Part shown: positions 26,128 through 39,783 of the stretch, piece by piece
How positions within the stretch are numbered: the stretch's first letter is position 1
Layout of the letters: every line of letters starts with the position of its first letter
NCBI RefSeq assembly: GCF_037042905.1
Contig: NC_087250.1
Coordinates: 21,950,001-22,014,000 of the forward strand
DNA from: Lytechinus pictus
Lineage: Eukaryota
Direction: 5' to 3'
DNA: 64,000 bases
Notes under the pieces: generated by a model
What the model was told of the DNA's origin: nothing
The model's database searches: none
What the model saw: the letters and a program-made list of their open reading frames with translations, nothing else
Position numbers and translations under genes: made by a program

Positions 26128-26236
26128 GTGGCCGATGCTGATCAAAAGCCTGTATTAAAGAAGGAGCTCGATGTATGCAAGGATATCTTTCAGAAAGTTC
26201 TCAACGAAGATGAATATAAGAAACTGCTGGCAAGAA
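26128..26236 (+). CDS. TDO2: TDO exon 7 (VADADQKPVLKKELDVCKDIFQKVLNEDEYKKLLAR)
   Basis: Open frame, AG/GT boundaries; phase 0 to 1 bridges exons 6 and 8; resembles the helical segment before GERRLS. Confidence 0.85.
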
Positions 26237-26774
26237 GTATGTCTCAAATACATAAATGTATATAATATGCATGATATGTATGTGTGTGTTTGTGAGGGTG
26301 TGTGTGTGCGCGATAGTGTGTGCGGGTGTGTGGTTATGTGTAAAAACATTATTATTCTTACTATTTTTATAATGTATTATTCTTATGTATAAGTATCATC
26401 ATTATTTATTATGATTATTATATTATTTTTTTTTCATTAATTATATTTTAATTTATTACCTTTATCATTCGTTATTATTAACATTATTTTTATCATTACT
26501 ATTATTATTGTTATCATTATTATTATTAATTACCAATCTATTTCGAGAATATTATTTCATTATCTAACGAGATATTTTCTGTAAACATTAAAAAGAATCG
26601 CAAGTTATCATCAATGAGCAAGTTTTGTTGTTATCGTTGGTTTCTTTGTTAGCCGCAATTTAGCGCAATTTTCCCTAGTTATTACAGATGGTCGATGACG
26701 GTACAATAGACTTTAAAGACGGAGAGGGGATGTGGAAGTAAGGAGAGAGCGGGTCCGTGAGGGGCAGACCGATA

Positions 26775-26995
<221 letters not shown>

Positions 26996-27040
26996 GAAAG
27001 AATAAGAGAGAGAGATGAGATGGGACGAAAAGGCATTTGA

Positions 27041-27220
<180 letters not shown>

Positions 27221-28016
27221 TGAATATAAATCTTTTTAACTGTATAAATAATATTTTCATATGTTTCACTATGTGAACACACGGTGATTGCCCCCTGTGG
27301 CACTTTGTTCTTTCAAACAGGGAACTTTCTTATTTTACTTTTGTTTTTCTTTCTTTTCGTGGAATTCAATTAACATGACCAAGTGCTCCATAGTCTGTCA
27401 ATATGTTCGCATTGTGTCCTCGGGGCCCCGTCTTGCAAAGAGTTACGATTGATCCGATCAATCTACTCTCAAGTATATTAAAATCCACCAATGTCATAAT
27501 TTTGTTCTTTAGGGAATGTGCACAGAAGAGAAGCATACTGAATTGCCAAATAAACAGTGAATGTATGAATATACTTCATATCGAGATAATATTTTAAACA
27601 AGCATGTATTTCAGATGTTGACGTTGCTGAATTCAATGGTTGTGGTTGATTAGATCGATCGTATCTCTTTGTAAGACGGGGCACAGTTGTGCATTTTCAC
27701 TTTTGTCCGGTATCATATTTATGTCAATACACTCTGAACTCAAACATACATACATCGTCGATGCGTCTACATTGCAAACGTTATATTCACACTGTTGAAT
27801 TAGAGCGTGTGATCAATATAATCACAAATTAATTAAGTATACGATGAGAACACACCCTGTTCCACCATTTTCTCTAATCTTATTTCTTCCCCTTATTCCC
27901 TCATTTTTACTCATCTTATACCCTTGACTTGAACATTAAGAGGGGCGGTCCGCCCCTTGCCCCATGTATCACATCCCCCACCTCTATATTTTGTTGTGAT
28001 AAATATGTAGCGCTAA

Positions 28017-28352
<336 letters not shown>

Positions 28353-28999
28353 TAATTTATATACATGTATATATACGTATATGTTCATCATTGACGTCAT
28401 AGAATCGAAGATTTTCTTCTAGTGGGCGTTTCATTTTCAACATTATCGCAAAATAGTGAGAATATGATTGGTCACATGATGCTATTTAAACCAATCAACA
28501 TACAGGATTGAGTATAATTTATGTAGGATATAAAGTAATATTGTACACTATTATGTATCAATACCGCCTTTACATATCCATATTACCTTGAAAGGATGTT
28601 TCTCAGTGCTTAACAAATGTATTAGCATATTATTACCCCGGATTTCAGATTTTGGCATGGCCGCAAACTTTGAATAGGCCTTAACTTTCTCCACTCCGTG
28701 GGGGCATTATAGTGAAAGACATAATGATAACACATTATGTATCAGGGACTTCGACATAGCAAAAGCTTGTAAAATTTTTATTTTGTTTGTTTTCTCAAAT
28801 TTTCGACTGTTTTTGTCGACGAGAACCATTCACCAAAGGTAATCCCCAAACTAAAGTACTGAGTTGTATGAGTCCGTGAACTTGCGGGATGGACAATGGA
28901 AAAAGCGAAGTGTACGTGTACCTTCTTGGTGCAATATATAAAACAGCATAACAAATGATTCACAATAGAATATTATTTATCATTTTTTTCTCTCCTCAG

Positions 29000-29135
29000 T
29001 GACAAGTATCGAATATTCCTGGACCTGTTCAACCTTGCAAGCTACTACCTACCTCAGGAGTTCGTTCCTGTGCTTACTGAGAGTATGAAAACCCCGGGGG
29101 GGCCACTTACATTGACGAGTGGATACCATGCGTGA
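29000..29135 (+). CDS. TDO2: TDO exon 10 (DKYRIFLDLFNLASYYLP...ESMKT+PGGPLTLTSGYHA*); last 13 aa come from a MITE
   Basis: DxYxxFxDLFNL motif; the frame reads into the inserted TIR and stops at TGA 29133-29135; ancestral stop at TAG 29695-29697. Confidence 0.88.
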
Positions 29136-29658
29136 CCAAAAAAACACGTAAAAAGGATGTCTTTTTCACGATAGGGCACGTTACGTACGTAACGTGATAA
29201 GGGTGTCAAAAACACAAAAATAATGAAAAAAGGGTATCTATTTCGCTAAGAAAATTACGTGTTTAGGGTCGAATTTGCGGGTATGATAAAACAAAATTAA
29301 AATGTTTTATAAAGGATGTCCTTTTTGCCCCAACACTTCGTGTTTATAGAGTCCGATTTGCGCGAGGTGTAGAAGGTGGGGTCGTACTAAACCAAATAAG
29401 GTAAAGCCGACGACCGAAGGACCCAAAGGAACCCGAAGGAACAATAAAACATTCCTGTACTTGTTTAGGGGTTCATTTCAAGGAATATTTGCCAAGAGGA
29501 TCGTTTTGTTTCCAATACTTGTTAAGGGTAGGGTTTCACACGCCAATACTTGTTAAGGGGTGCATTTTCAGAATATGGAAATTACGTGTTTAGGGTGCTT
29601 TTCGAGACCCCATGGTCGCGCATGGTATCCACTCGTGAATGGAAGTGGCCCCCCCGGG
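29093..29658. mobile_element. 566-bp MITE, ~46-bp TIRs (CCCGGGGGGGCCACTT...), 8-bp TSD ATGAAAAC
   Basis: TSD at 29085-29092 and 29659-29666; TIRs with 3 mismatches. Confidence 0.95.
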
Positions 29659-29861
29659 ATGAAAACTTACCTTTCCCCTACTGGGAATCAAAAGTAGTCA
29701 ATGAGACTGTCAGAGGTTAAAAGCAGATAAGCAGTTAAAAGCTACCGAAATCTTTGTATTTGATTGGCTAATATGGTAAATTTGTAATTGAAATTGGGCA
29801 TTTTATTATATAACATGTCTTTATGAAACGGGAGCCAGATCTTCAGTTCAGTTCAGGCCCT

Positions 29862-30560
29862 TCAGGACCCCGTTGCATTCGTGTTAAGACAACTTGCGAA
29901 ATTCTTTTCAAGGTAAAATACATTGACATGACATGTCGATTTCAAATCATTCTGAACGCAAACTCCAAGTAGTTTCATGAACTGGACTTCGGATAGTTTC
30001 TGGCCTTCGAGTTCAACAGTGGGATTTGGTGGACTTATTCTCATGAAGCTAATATGCATGACAGCACATTCACTCGTGCTAAGTCTCACGCTGTAATCCT
30101 TAGACCACTGCTGAAACTCATCCGCACTCTTCTGGATGGTGGCAGGGTCGCTAGTTTTCCTGCTTTCTAGTACTGAGAGATCATCTACGTATTTCCAATG
30201 AGGATTAGCACTCTGCTGTTATGCACAATTGACCAAGCAAAGGAAAATAAGCGGGCCTAAACGAGTTCCCTGCGGGGCACCAGCTTGTATGTTCTTCAAC
30301 CCTGAGACTACTACACTGTAAAAAAAAATGAAGTGCTAGTTTAGCATTTGCAGTGCTTGCATAGTGACTGCACTACGAGTGCTGATTTTCTAGTTGAAAT
30401 TTAAACTAAAAAATCAGTACTCGTAGTGCACTCACTATACAAGCACTGTAAGTGCTACATTAGCACTTCATTTTTTACAGTGTAATCTGTACTAAACACA
30501 CTGCTTTCGGTCTTTCAAGAAGTTGAATATCTATGCAACTAATGTTGAACATTCATGTCT
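29862..30560 (-). mobile_element. Decayed non-LTR retrotransposon (CR1/L2-like) RT fragment
   Basis: Minus-strand translation gives AGAPQGTRLGPLIFL, HWKYVDDL and KLLGVCVQNDL. Confidence 0.85.
30314..30482. mobile_element. 169-bp palindromic MITE, CACTG...CAGTG ends, TA TSD, inserted in the LINE fragment
   Basis: Self-complementary arms; TA on both sides. Confidence 0.9.
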
Positions 30561-33379
30561 GAGAGTTCTGATAGAGCCAGGTTGTGGCTCAAAAAAAGTT
30601 AAACGAATACGTAGTATTATTTGTACAAAATTGAGTATTAATCCTTATTGCACTGATATTTCTATTAAAAAACAGTAAGATTAAGCTAAAAACTATAATT
30701 GTACAATATTACTGAAAAGCAAGCATGAAAGGAAATATGTATAATAGGCTCAGGTGTGAATCGCACGATTCGTTCCAAACAGAAATAAAAGAAAACAAAT
30801 CCTGAAAATGTTTATTTCTTTACAATTATGAAAAAATATCATTTAGGTACTTTAGGGAAAGAATCCGAATGTTGTCATATTTTTTAATCTAATGAAAGTA
30901 CTGATAAATGCCAGTTGGGAAAGTTAAGATACCTAGAAACGTGTTTTCAGCGGAATAAAATATATTTCTGTCTACCAATCCTTTTGAAATTTCAACGATA
31001 TAAAACAATAATAAAAGACTACATAAGAGAATAAATAACTTTTTCGTTATATCTATTTAATATTTTCACATTAAAGTGTAATGAGAACAGATTGATAATT
31101 TGTGAAGTATATTAAACTGGGGCAAGTAAAAAAAATATATATATAGTATTATGATTTTTTAATTATTTTTTATTGTTTTTTTTACTTACAATTTTTTGGC
31201 TTTTGACACTTTTTTAATGAAAATGATGTCACCTCAGGGTTTCGTTTTACCCTGCACACCTACTGGTCTCAAAATGTATTGGAATATCAACTCTGGCGTA
31301 ACTAGTTAACTTTTACATTTACATTATTTTAAAAATTGCTAAACCACAATTTGCTCACATAAAGGTTACATACATACTTATTTACCATATAATCAATGAA
31401 ATGAAAAGCGAAACTAGTGGGTTTATGGAATGTAAATTAAAACAATAATAAAAAATACAAATTACCCTTTACAATGCATTTATAAATAAATATTGGTGTT
31501 AATTACTGTAATTATATCTTATATAACTTTAACTAATTCATTCTATCAGATGTTTCAAACGTTTGTTGACTTTATATAAATGTACTTCTTCTCTCTCTCT
31601 CTCTCTTTGTGCGATATCTCACATAAATAAGCCTACTCACTGGTTTTACGAATGTTAAGGGCAATTAGGGTCCATATAATTTGATATTCTGTTTTATATA
31701 AATGCTTGTTTTTCCTAATAGTAAAGTATTTTATTAATAGTAAAAGTAAAGTCCTAATGGTTTCCTGTGTGTACGATTTTGATAGTTTTAACTTTACTCA
31801 TGAAATATTTATAAATCATATATAGTTTAATTTACAAGTAATAACTTAGTATTATTTTTTTTTCTTGTTAAGTATTTACAGGGTCATTTTCGTGGTGCAC
31901 TTTGGATGATTGTATTCAAAGTTGATTTTCTACAGGTACCCCTTTTGGGGTGCCTGGATACATTACCTAGTTTTCTGTTTGTATTTCTCCTTACTGAAAT
32001 TAAGTGCACTGCGAGAGTGACCCTTTAATTTAAATTCCTATGTTAATACTGTATATTGTTTATTGTCTTGAAATTCTTTTTATCTGTTATTCATGTTCAT
32101 TTCAGTTTGTACTGCGAGACATGATGTTTTTATTTATCTATCTAAATAGTATCTTGATAAGTCCCCTAAAAGTGCCCTCTCTATTTCTTCATGTAACCAT
32201 ATATCACTTTAATGTAAATGTAGATTTCGTCTAAATGTCTTACCTAATAATGAATATTATTGAAAATGTAACTTTGGGAGAAAGATTAAGAGGCTGTAAC
32301 TTTTTAAGTTAGACTATGGGAAAGACTTGGCGTTTAAGCATACCGGATGAAGAATAAGCTGGTGGAGATTTGAAAAAAAAGGGTTGTGTTACGTGTTTTT
32401 TATCAGCATGACTGTTAATAGCGTCTATGTGAGAGGGTGCATGAATGAGGGTGTGGTGTGAGAGAGGTTGAATGGCAAGTGGGCGTGCCCTTTTGAGGTT
32501 GAATCCATGTACAAAGTGTGTGGGAATGTGCAAGGTGTGTTGGTAGGGTTTACATCGAGTGCGCGTGGACCCTAAATTTACAGTGGGTGTGTCGATGTGA
32601 TGTGCGAGGCCGAGTGGGTGTGCCCGATAGTTCCATGGTGCGATTAAGGGTGAACGAGCGAAGAATGTGGTATTGTGCAGAGTGTGTGGTGTTGTTGGCA
32701 GGTAAGTGCGATGGGAATGGCGAGTGTGTGTGACCGCTGAGCCTAAGGGTGCGCCGTTCAATGTCGGGTGGGCGTGACCATGTGATTGAGTGTGGCATTG
32801 TGTTTTCATTATAAACGCGTTGAATGTCGAGTGAGTGTGTCCTCTCACATTTGCCCTTGAACATGTAAAGCCTAGCTAACACTCTGCGATTCGTTGCGAC
32901 GCGATTTTTCAAGAAATCGCAGTTTGCATTAAGTATTAAAGTTCAAAGAAGTAAATTTATTTTATTAAAAGTTTGGCATAATGTAAGAAATACTAAAATC
33001 ATACTTTTACTTTGCGGCAAGCCCGTGGTCGGAGTTAAGTCCAAATCGGCTTCTAGTCGCAACCGTTGACGTCATTACGATTTGGATTTGAATTTTATTT
33101 TATTCATTCAGGGAGGCTTGAACTGGACCGATTTTCGATTTCAGTAGTCCTACCACTATTCTGAACTCTGATCCGTAAGATTCTATTAGTTGGAATGTCC
33201 ATATGAAATGTTATCACATTTTTTTTCAGATCGCAACGAATCGCATAGAGTGAGGCTGGCTTTAGGGGTGAATGTATGAAGTGTGTGGGGTTGTACAGAG
33301 TATGTTGTGGTGTTGGTGCGATGTTCTCCGTCGTGTGGGTGTGTCTGGATTAGATTGAATGTTGCAGGGTTTGTGGGAT

Positions 33380-33495
33380 TGCAGCACACTGTGGATTCGA
33401 TGTAAGCTGACGGATGTTCACACCATCGCTTGGAATCGAACCCACGACCCTGTGTTTCAAAGGCAAGAGTCAGAATCACCAGGCCACAACGCTCC
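33380..33495 (-). mobile_element. tRNA-derived SINE head
   Basis: Minus strand GGAGCGTTGTGGCCTGGTG...GGGTTCGATTCC...GTGTGCTGCA. Confidence 0.65.
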
Positions 33496-36400
33496 ACTGT
33501 AGACGATGAAGGGGACCGAAGTGTGTGTGTGGTGGGGGTGTCGGTAACGTCTATTTTCCTCTGAAAGCTTTATTTTACACCATTGAATCATCATTAAGGT
33601 CATAAATTCACCTAGACTTCTAGACGCCCTGTTCCTGGAACGCCGTGTGCGGCGCTCTTCACATCTTAAGCTTTTTCGGAACATTTCATATACTTTCGTT
33701 ACCAGAATCTTTGTCGTCACTAAATAACGCTCGTTTTTTATGTTGGCATTTTTAATTTTTTGGGGGAAATACATGGATACAACACTTGATGGTTTAACTT
33801 ACATATCACTGAATTGAAATTTAAAAAGTTAAAACTGATTATAAAGAAAATACTTTTTTTATTATATGTCACGTGATTGATGACGGTTTTTTTTTACCCC
33901 TGTACCATAATACGTTCGGGGGGAGCCACTTCCTTCCAAAAATGCACAACATGATTGTCCACGAAAACTCGTAAAGCCGGTTTAAGTTTTATCGTCGGGC
34001 GATATCTGTGCGTACAAAAGAATGGGTATCAATAGCAACTAATTTATTATTCTTTATTTTCAATTAATACTCAGGCGTTGTTGTTTTTAGTAGGTTTTCT
34101 CATAGTGTAAACAACGTCCCCCGGGTACAGATGTTTTGTTGCTTTCGGTTACTTTCCGATTCGAGAATTATCTTGTTCGTTTTGATCATCGTACACGCTT
34201 TTTATTCGGAAATATTCGGAAAAGAAAACGCAGCTATATGTAGTGCATCACATATGTGCACATTGCATATCGCATATGTGGGTCATCATTGACATTGTTC
34301 GCCGTATTATTCAGGGTGATGGGTAAGTGAAAAGTATGGTCGTGTGACCTTACTTCGCGCGTTACCATATTTCGAAGATGGTCGCATATCTCAGAAAGTA
34401 CTTAATATCGTGAAAATCTTATATCACTACCAGAAAAAGCGGTAAAAATTATCCTGTAGTGAAAGTTTCTAGTTGATAATATTGGAATTTGTTTAAGCTA
34501 GGGCTAGGCGATTTGGCAGGCGCGCGCACCTGACTCGGCCGATCCTCGCCCATGTGCCCACCACTAACTTAGCACTTAGCAGGCAGGGTAGGACTTCGGA
34601 CACATCCTAACATAAACATCTCCAACTAAAGTGAGTACACTAACTACCCCAACATTCACATCCAATCTATAAAAAAAACACAAGGTGAGTGGATGTATTC
34701 CCTGTATGGGCAATGCATCCTCTCACCACCAAATGTTCTGATCAACAACTGTCATTTTTTCAGCCAAACGTTCTCTGCTCTTTAATTAATGATTAACATG
34801 GGCAGTGAAACCTGATCTTATCATCAGCGTCCTAACATAGCTTCAAACCACTACCTCTCTCTAAAAAAACGCCCATTATCAACCACAATACAATCCATGA
34901 AATAAGCACAATTTGAACACAAAACAAAACAAAAAAGCCTGTGTATCCATTGACATCTTTTATGATTGATAAGATATCCACGCATAAAGGATTTGGACAT
35001 GTTCAAAACCATCACCCCCACCCCATGTGCGCCACAATTCTGCATCCTACACATACTATAATAGCCCCCTTTCAGCTCACCAAACGCAACATATGTTATT
35101 CATTTCTGGTTCCAAAATACACTGGATTAAAAAAAAACTGTATTTTATTTCAAGATAGACTGACAGCATGGGATGAACTACAGATAAAAAAATACAGCAA
35201 TAAATTTAGGCAATGTGTATGAAATTAGCGACATCAGCAAATGATATATTAAATGGCTCATTTGCCATGCTTCTGTATGTACTTGATCAAAAAACATTTA
35301 TGGAAGGGAAATTTGTAAATAGGGGATGTTTTTTTTACAAATTATTCCATATTGGCGTCATTGAACGCCATATTGATAATATTACATTTATTTTAATGGA
35401 AGCAATCGCGTTAGACACCATTGAAAGGCTCATATTCTACGGAGCCGGTACAACCTGGATTCGGATATAAAGGCATCCTTTGACCAGTTTCCGGTTCCAA
35501 ACCAACGAGCTTCCCTTCTTTATCCGGCCTTTGACAGCTATCTAAACCCGAATGGGGTCTGTTTAGACAGTTATCCGGTAGCAATAATCGAATAGGAATA
35601 AAATTGCCGTAATACAGCTGTGTGATTATATATGCACACATCTCATTTCTGATAAGCACCAGGTATATTTCTGGCATACCAAACTCTCCAGGTGTCCTAG
35701 GTATCCCTTGCAGAATATATTCCTACTCCCAATGCTCGCAAGTTCATGGCCCTATGTAGATTTGTTTAGGGGTGTGGGGGAGATGCGTTCATTTTTAAAA
35801 GAAACTCAAAAGCGAGGGAGCGAAGCCAAACTAATCTATTGAATATGGTAAAAAAATTATGCTATCGTAGAGAGGAGGAAGCGTGACATTTCTGTGTTTT
35901 TCTATCCCTCTTGGGAAACCGCCTTTGGACATATCGATTAAGCCATCTAAACGCAACTGTCATGCCTCTGTCATCTTGATACTGTTTAGTTGTCCCATAG
36001 GTAGAATGAATTGAGTTCTCCGCTACAATGCTACCAAACAGTCTCAACCGTAGCCTGACTATGCAGCAAAGGCCGAATTGCACCAATGTTACGTAATGTT
36101 CTTGGTCTGTGCTTTCATGATGTAACTTTTAATAAAAACTAAAACAATTGTCCGTCTACTAACAGAGAATAACAGCAAATAAGGAACCATTGAATGGGCT
36201 CTAAAGGATCGATTTCAGTGGATTTCATGAAATACCTGTGGTAAACGTAACGACAAAATCTTGACACGTCGGCAGAAAGTGTAGAAACTGCGTTCCTTTT
36301 AGCACGTATGAGAAGGGCGGACGCTTCCTCTTTCTCGAATCGTTGTGTGATTTTGAATTCTGTGCGTTGTCATCGGCCGTGTATCCGTCTATTCCCGTAA

Positions 36401-37337
36401 AAGGGAGGCATCAATTTTTTCTCCCTTAGCACTACGAGGGCCAGCGACCTAATTAGGACCAAGACCAGGTGGCTGGTCTAAGTAGGTTGTGAAAAAAAAT
36501 CACATGATAATGTCTTCAAGAGTGTGGAACAAAGTAACCGTACTTTTGAAGGACTGCGCCATCTTGTTTCTCACATAGGAACCTTCAAAATAAATTCCGC
36601 ATACGAGTTGAAGATCGATATATCCTGGCGCTGTATAGGGAGTCTGTAACATCGGGATACTAGGTCAAAGGAAATGGATACACGATTATAAAAATTTATA
36701 GTAATTCAGTGATTACTTTGAAACACATATTTTGGTGGATCTTTCAAAGAAACAGATGCAACGGGAGAGTGATGCAGAGTGGACAAATTGTGATTTAATG
36801 TCGTTTTCTACATAGAATTGTTTTTTACGTATAAGCAATAAGTTTATCAGTTATTTTCTACTTTCATTTTTTGTGGACAGCGGGAAAATATCAAAAAAGC
36901 TACTCTGATCGGATAAATGGAACACGCCGAATATACAAATCAAAATTCATTATTCAAAGAGATGCAGTATAACTATGTATCCTATTACACATATTGATAG
37001 CAAGGTCTATATCGCAAAATTTGGAGTGTGACCTCCGATACCATTTTTTAAAACACCTACGAGGAAGGAAGCCGTCATTGTTTTCTGAAGGATCTTTCAT
37101 TGTTTTAGTAACTCCAGTGGAAGTTTCACGTGAAACACATAATTTTACTACCAGTTGGGAATCTCCTCTCGAACAGGATTTCGGATAATACGGAATTTTA
37201 ATGCACCAAATTGTGGAAATATTCTGGAGTACCGCGGGGAATGTCAGCCACTGTGTAACTAACGACGCGCAAAGTTTGGTATAGTAAAGGAATTAGTGTC
37301 TTCGAAGATATCCTCAAGTTATTCGCAATCTACAGCA

Positions 37338-37449
37338 ATGGCTTCTGCAAGACCAACGTTGCTGTTCTCACTGTGGTTAACAGTCATAGTTCTGCTTTCA
37401 TTTGCTAGTGTGCTAGCAAGACGATCTCGGGCTCGCATAAACGACTCTC
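37338..37449 (+). CDS. WFIKKN: WFIKKN-like exon 1: signal peptide (MASARPTLLFSLWLTVIVLLSFASVLA...)
   Basis: Hydrophobic leader; C|GTAAGT donor; phase 1 matches the WAP exon. Confidence 0.78.
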
Positions 37450-37749
37450 GTAAGTATCTGGTGCGTGTGTGTGTGTGTGTGATTGAGTCCATTCATACAT
37501 ATAGGCCTATCAACGATTATAAAGAGAGGGGAGGGTCTTTAATTTCGCCATCATATACATGTGAAAACGGCTCGAACCTCTGCATGAGGTCACGACAGTT
37601 CCCGTGAAGCCTGATTTACAGTTACACGCCGAAACATCCAGTAGGTCTTCGTAGTTGTGCTTTCTGTGCTTTCGTATCCCCCCCCCTGCAGTTTGGTTAT
37701 GCCCCACTAAATGTTCCAAGGCTACTATTTTCATTTTCTATATGAAAAT

Positions 37750-38030
37750 GGGGGCGTCTTGGTCTAGTGGTTAAGACTCTCGTCTTTCAATCTGAAGGAC
37801 GTGGGTTCGATTCCAATCAATGACGTGTTTCCTTCACGAAATTTTTTTTACCAACATTGTGCTGCACTCAACCAATGTGAGGTAAATGGGTACCGACAGG
37901 AAGTAATTCCTCAAAAAAGCTGTATGCACCAAAATAGGTAGACTAGCTTAGCCGGGGTGATATAGGAGGAGCAACTTGAGCACCTAGAAAGGTGGATACG
38001 TGCGCTATACAAATCCTTTATTATTATTTT
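37750..38030 (+). mobile_element. tRNA-derived SINE, near full length
   Basis: A box TGGTCTAGTGG, B box GGTTCGATTCC, body, and GCGCTATACAAAT-(TTA)n tail. Confidence 0.8.
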
Positions 38031-38084
38031 TGTTATTTATGAACGTGTCTGTCCCAAAACTGTTCAAATCATTATTATCATTAT

Positions 38085-39263
38085 CAGTGGCGTACCGTGG
38101 GTCACGGCATTGGGGGGGCACCAGCAAAAATTTTGAGCCACTTAGTGAGCGTGCGAAGCGCGCTAAGTTGACAGGTATACTGGCCTAATAGAGACATTTT
38201 AAGGACAGTGTCATTAAACGGATATGTATCTCACTTATCAAATAATGCGAGCGCGAAGCGCGAGCTGAACATTTTTGATATTCAGACCTAAAAAGGGACA
38301 TTATAATCAAATTTTTGTAATCATGATACGTACCTCTCTCACTAAACAATGCGAGCGCGAAGCGCGATCTGAAATTTTGGTATATATTGACCTCAAACAG
38401 GGAGATTATAAGGACTATAATTTAGGAATCCATTAAGAGTATACATACCTCACCATAGTCATCTAATGCAAGTGCCAAGCTCTTGCTGATTTTGTTAGAA
38501 TTACATCTAAACGCATTAAGCACTTGGAGTAATTGTAATAATCATTATACGCATCTCACTAATCAAATATTGCGAGCGCGAAGCGCGAGCTTAAAATTTA
38601 GGAAATTCAATCCTGAAGAGGGCATTCTAAGGCTTGTTTGTAGGAATTCACTAAGACCATACGTATTTCACTAACCAAATGATGCGAGCGCGAAGCGCGA
38701 GCTGAAATTTTTTGATATTCAGATCAGAAAAAGGGACATTTTAAGGACTGATTCTAGGAATTCATGGAGAGCAGACATATCTCACCGATCCACTAATGCG
38801 AACATAAGCACGGACAGGAAATGTTTTAGATTAAGACCTTAAAATGGGGCAATCATTTTAAGTAGTCATGAAAAAGAAGCATACTCTTGTACATAAAACA
38901 ATAATATCTCGAAGTGCGAGGAAATATATTTGAAATATACTTGAAAACGAGAGGTTTTAGTACAACAGGATTATATATCTCGTTAAACAGACAATGCGAA
39001 CACCAGGAACAATGAAGACATAGGTCCTGAGTGAATTATGTTTCATAAAGTTATGAAAACATATTTATTATGTAATATAATGTAATATAACAACATAATT
39101 ATAATTTAATATAACATCATAATGAACAATATTTTTTTCTTTCCCCGTACGTTTCTTTTCCTTTCTTCCTCTTTTTCTCCTTTTCCCCGTTTTTTTTTTT
39201 TTTTTTGGTCAGCCGATTGGGGGGGCACGTGCCCCCCCATGCCCCTCCGTAGTTACGCCACTG
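38085..39263. mobile_element. hAT-like non-autonomous element, CAGTGGCGTA TIR, 8-bp TSD ATCATTAT
   Basis: TIRs, exact TSD, internal GCGAGCGCGAAGCGCGAGC repeats. Confidence 0.9.
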
Positions 39264-39575
39264 ATCATTATTACTAATTACTTATACGGCGCTTTTCCCA
39301 TAAGGCCCAAATGAGGAGAACGGCATAGGAATCACGTTTTGAGGGGTCAGAACATCGCATAAGCCTACTGGATAATTTATCAACAGTCTCGAGAGTGCGA
39401 ATCAAATTACCAAAGCAAGTGAGCAAAATACATGTATACCCTTTTTAAATGAAAAATTTTATCTTTAATAGGTTTTAAAGTAATATCCAAAAAGTAATTT
39501 TATATTTTTCTGTTTCTTTCTTTAATTTCCTTCTCGTTTTCAGCTCTGTGATGAAAATTTTGAGGCAACGGGGAT

Positions 39576-39783
39576 GGGGGTGTTTCACAAAGATTAAAGT
39601 ATGACTAAGAGTCGCACTTAAATACCGACATGGTATGGAACGCACAATCTTATTGACCAATACGCAGTAGTGCGCGTCATTTTGGCATGATCTGACCAAT
39701 GCGGTCATGCTTTTTATAACGCACGCAACTAGGCAGTTAAGTGTGACTCTACGGTCATACTTAAATCTTTGTGAAACACCCCC
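39576..39783. mobile_element. ~208-bp MITE (GGGGGTGTTTCACAAAGATT TIR)
   Basis: Inverted termini; related elements at ~25299-25516 and ~27422-27682. Confidence 0.7.

Noticed and set aside
26688..26737. Exon-like segment with AG and GTAAG in TDO intron 7
   Set aside because: Its 50 nt would break the frame, it has no TDO similarity, and exons 7 and 8 already join in phase.
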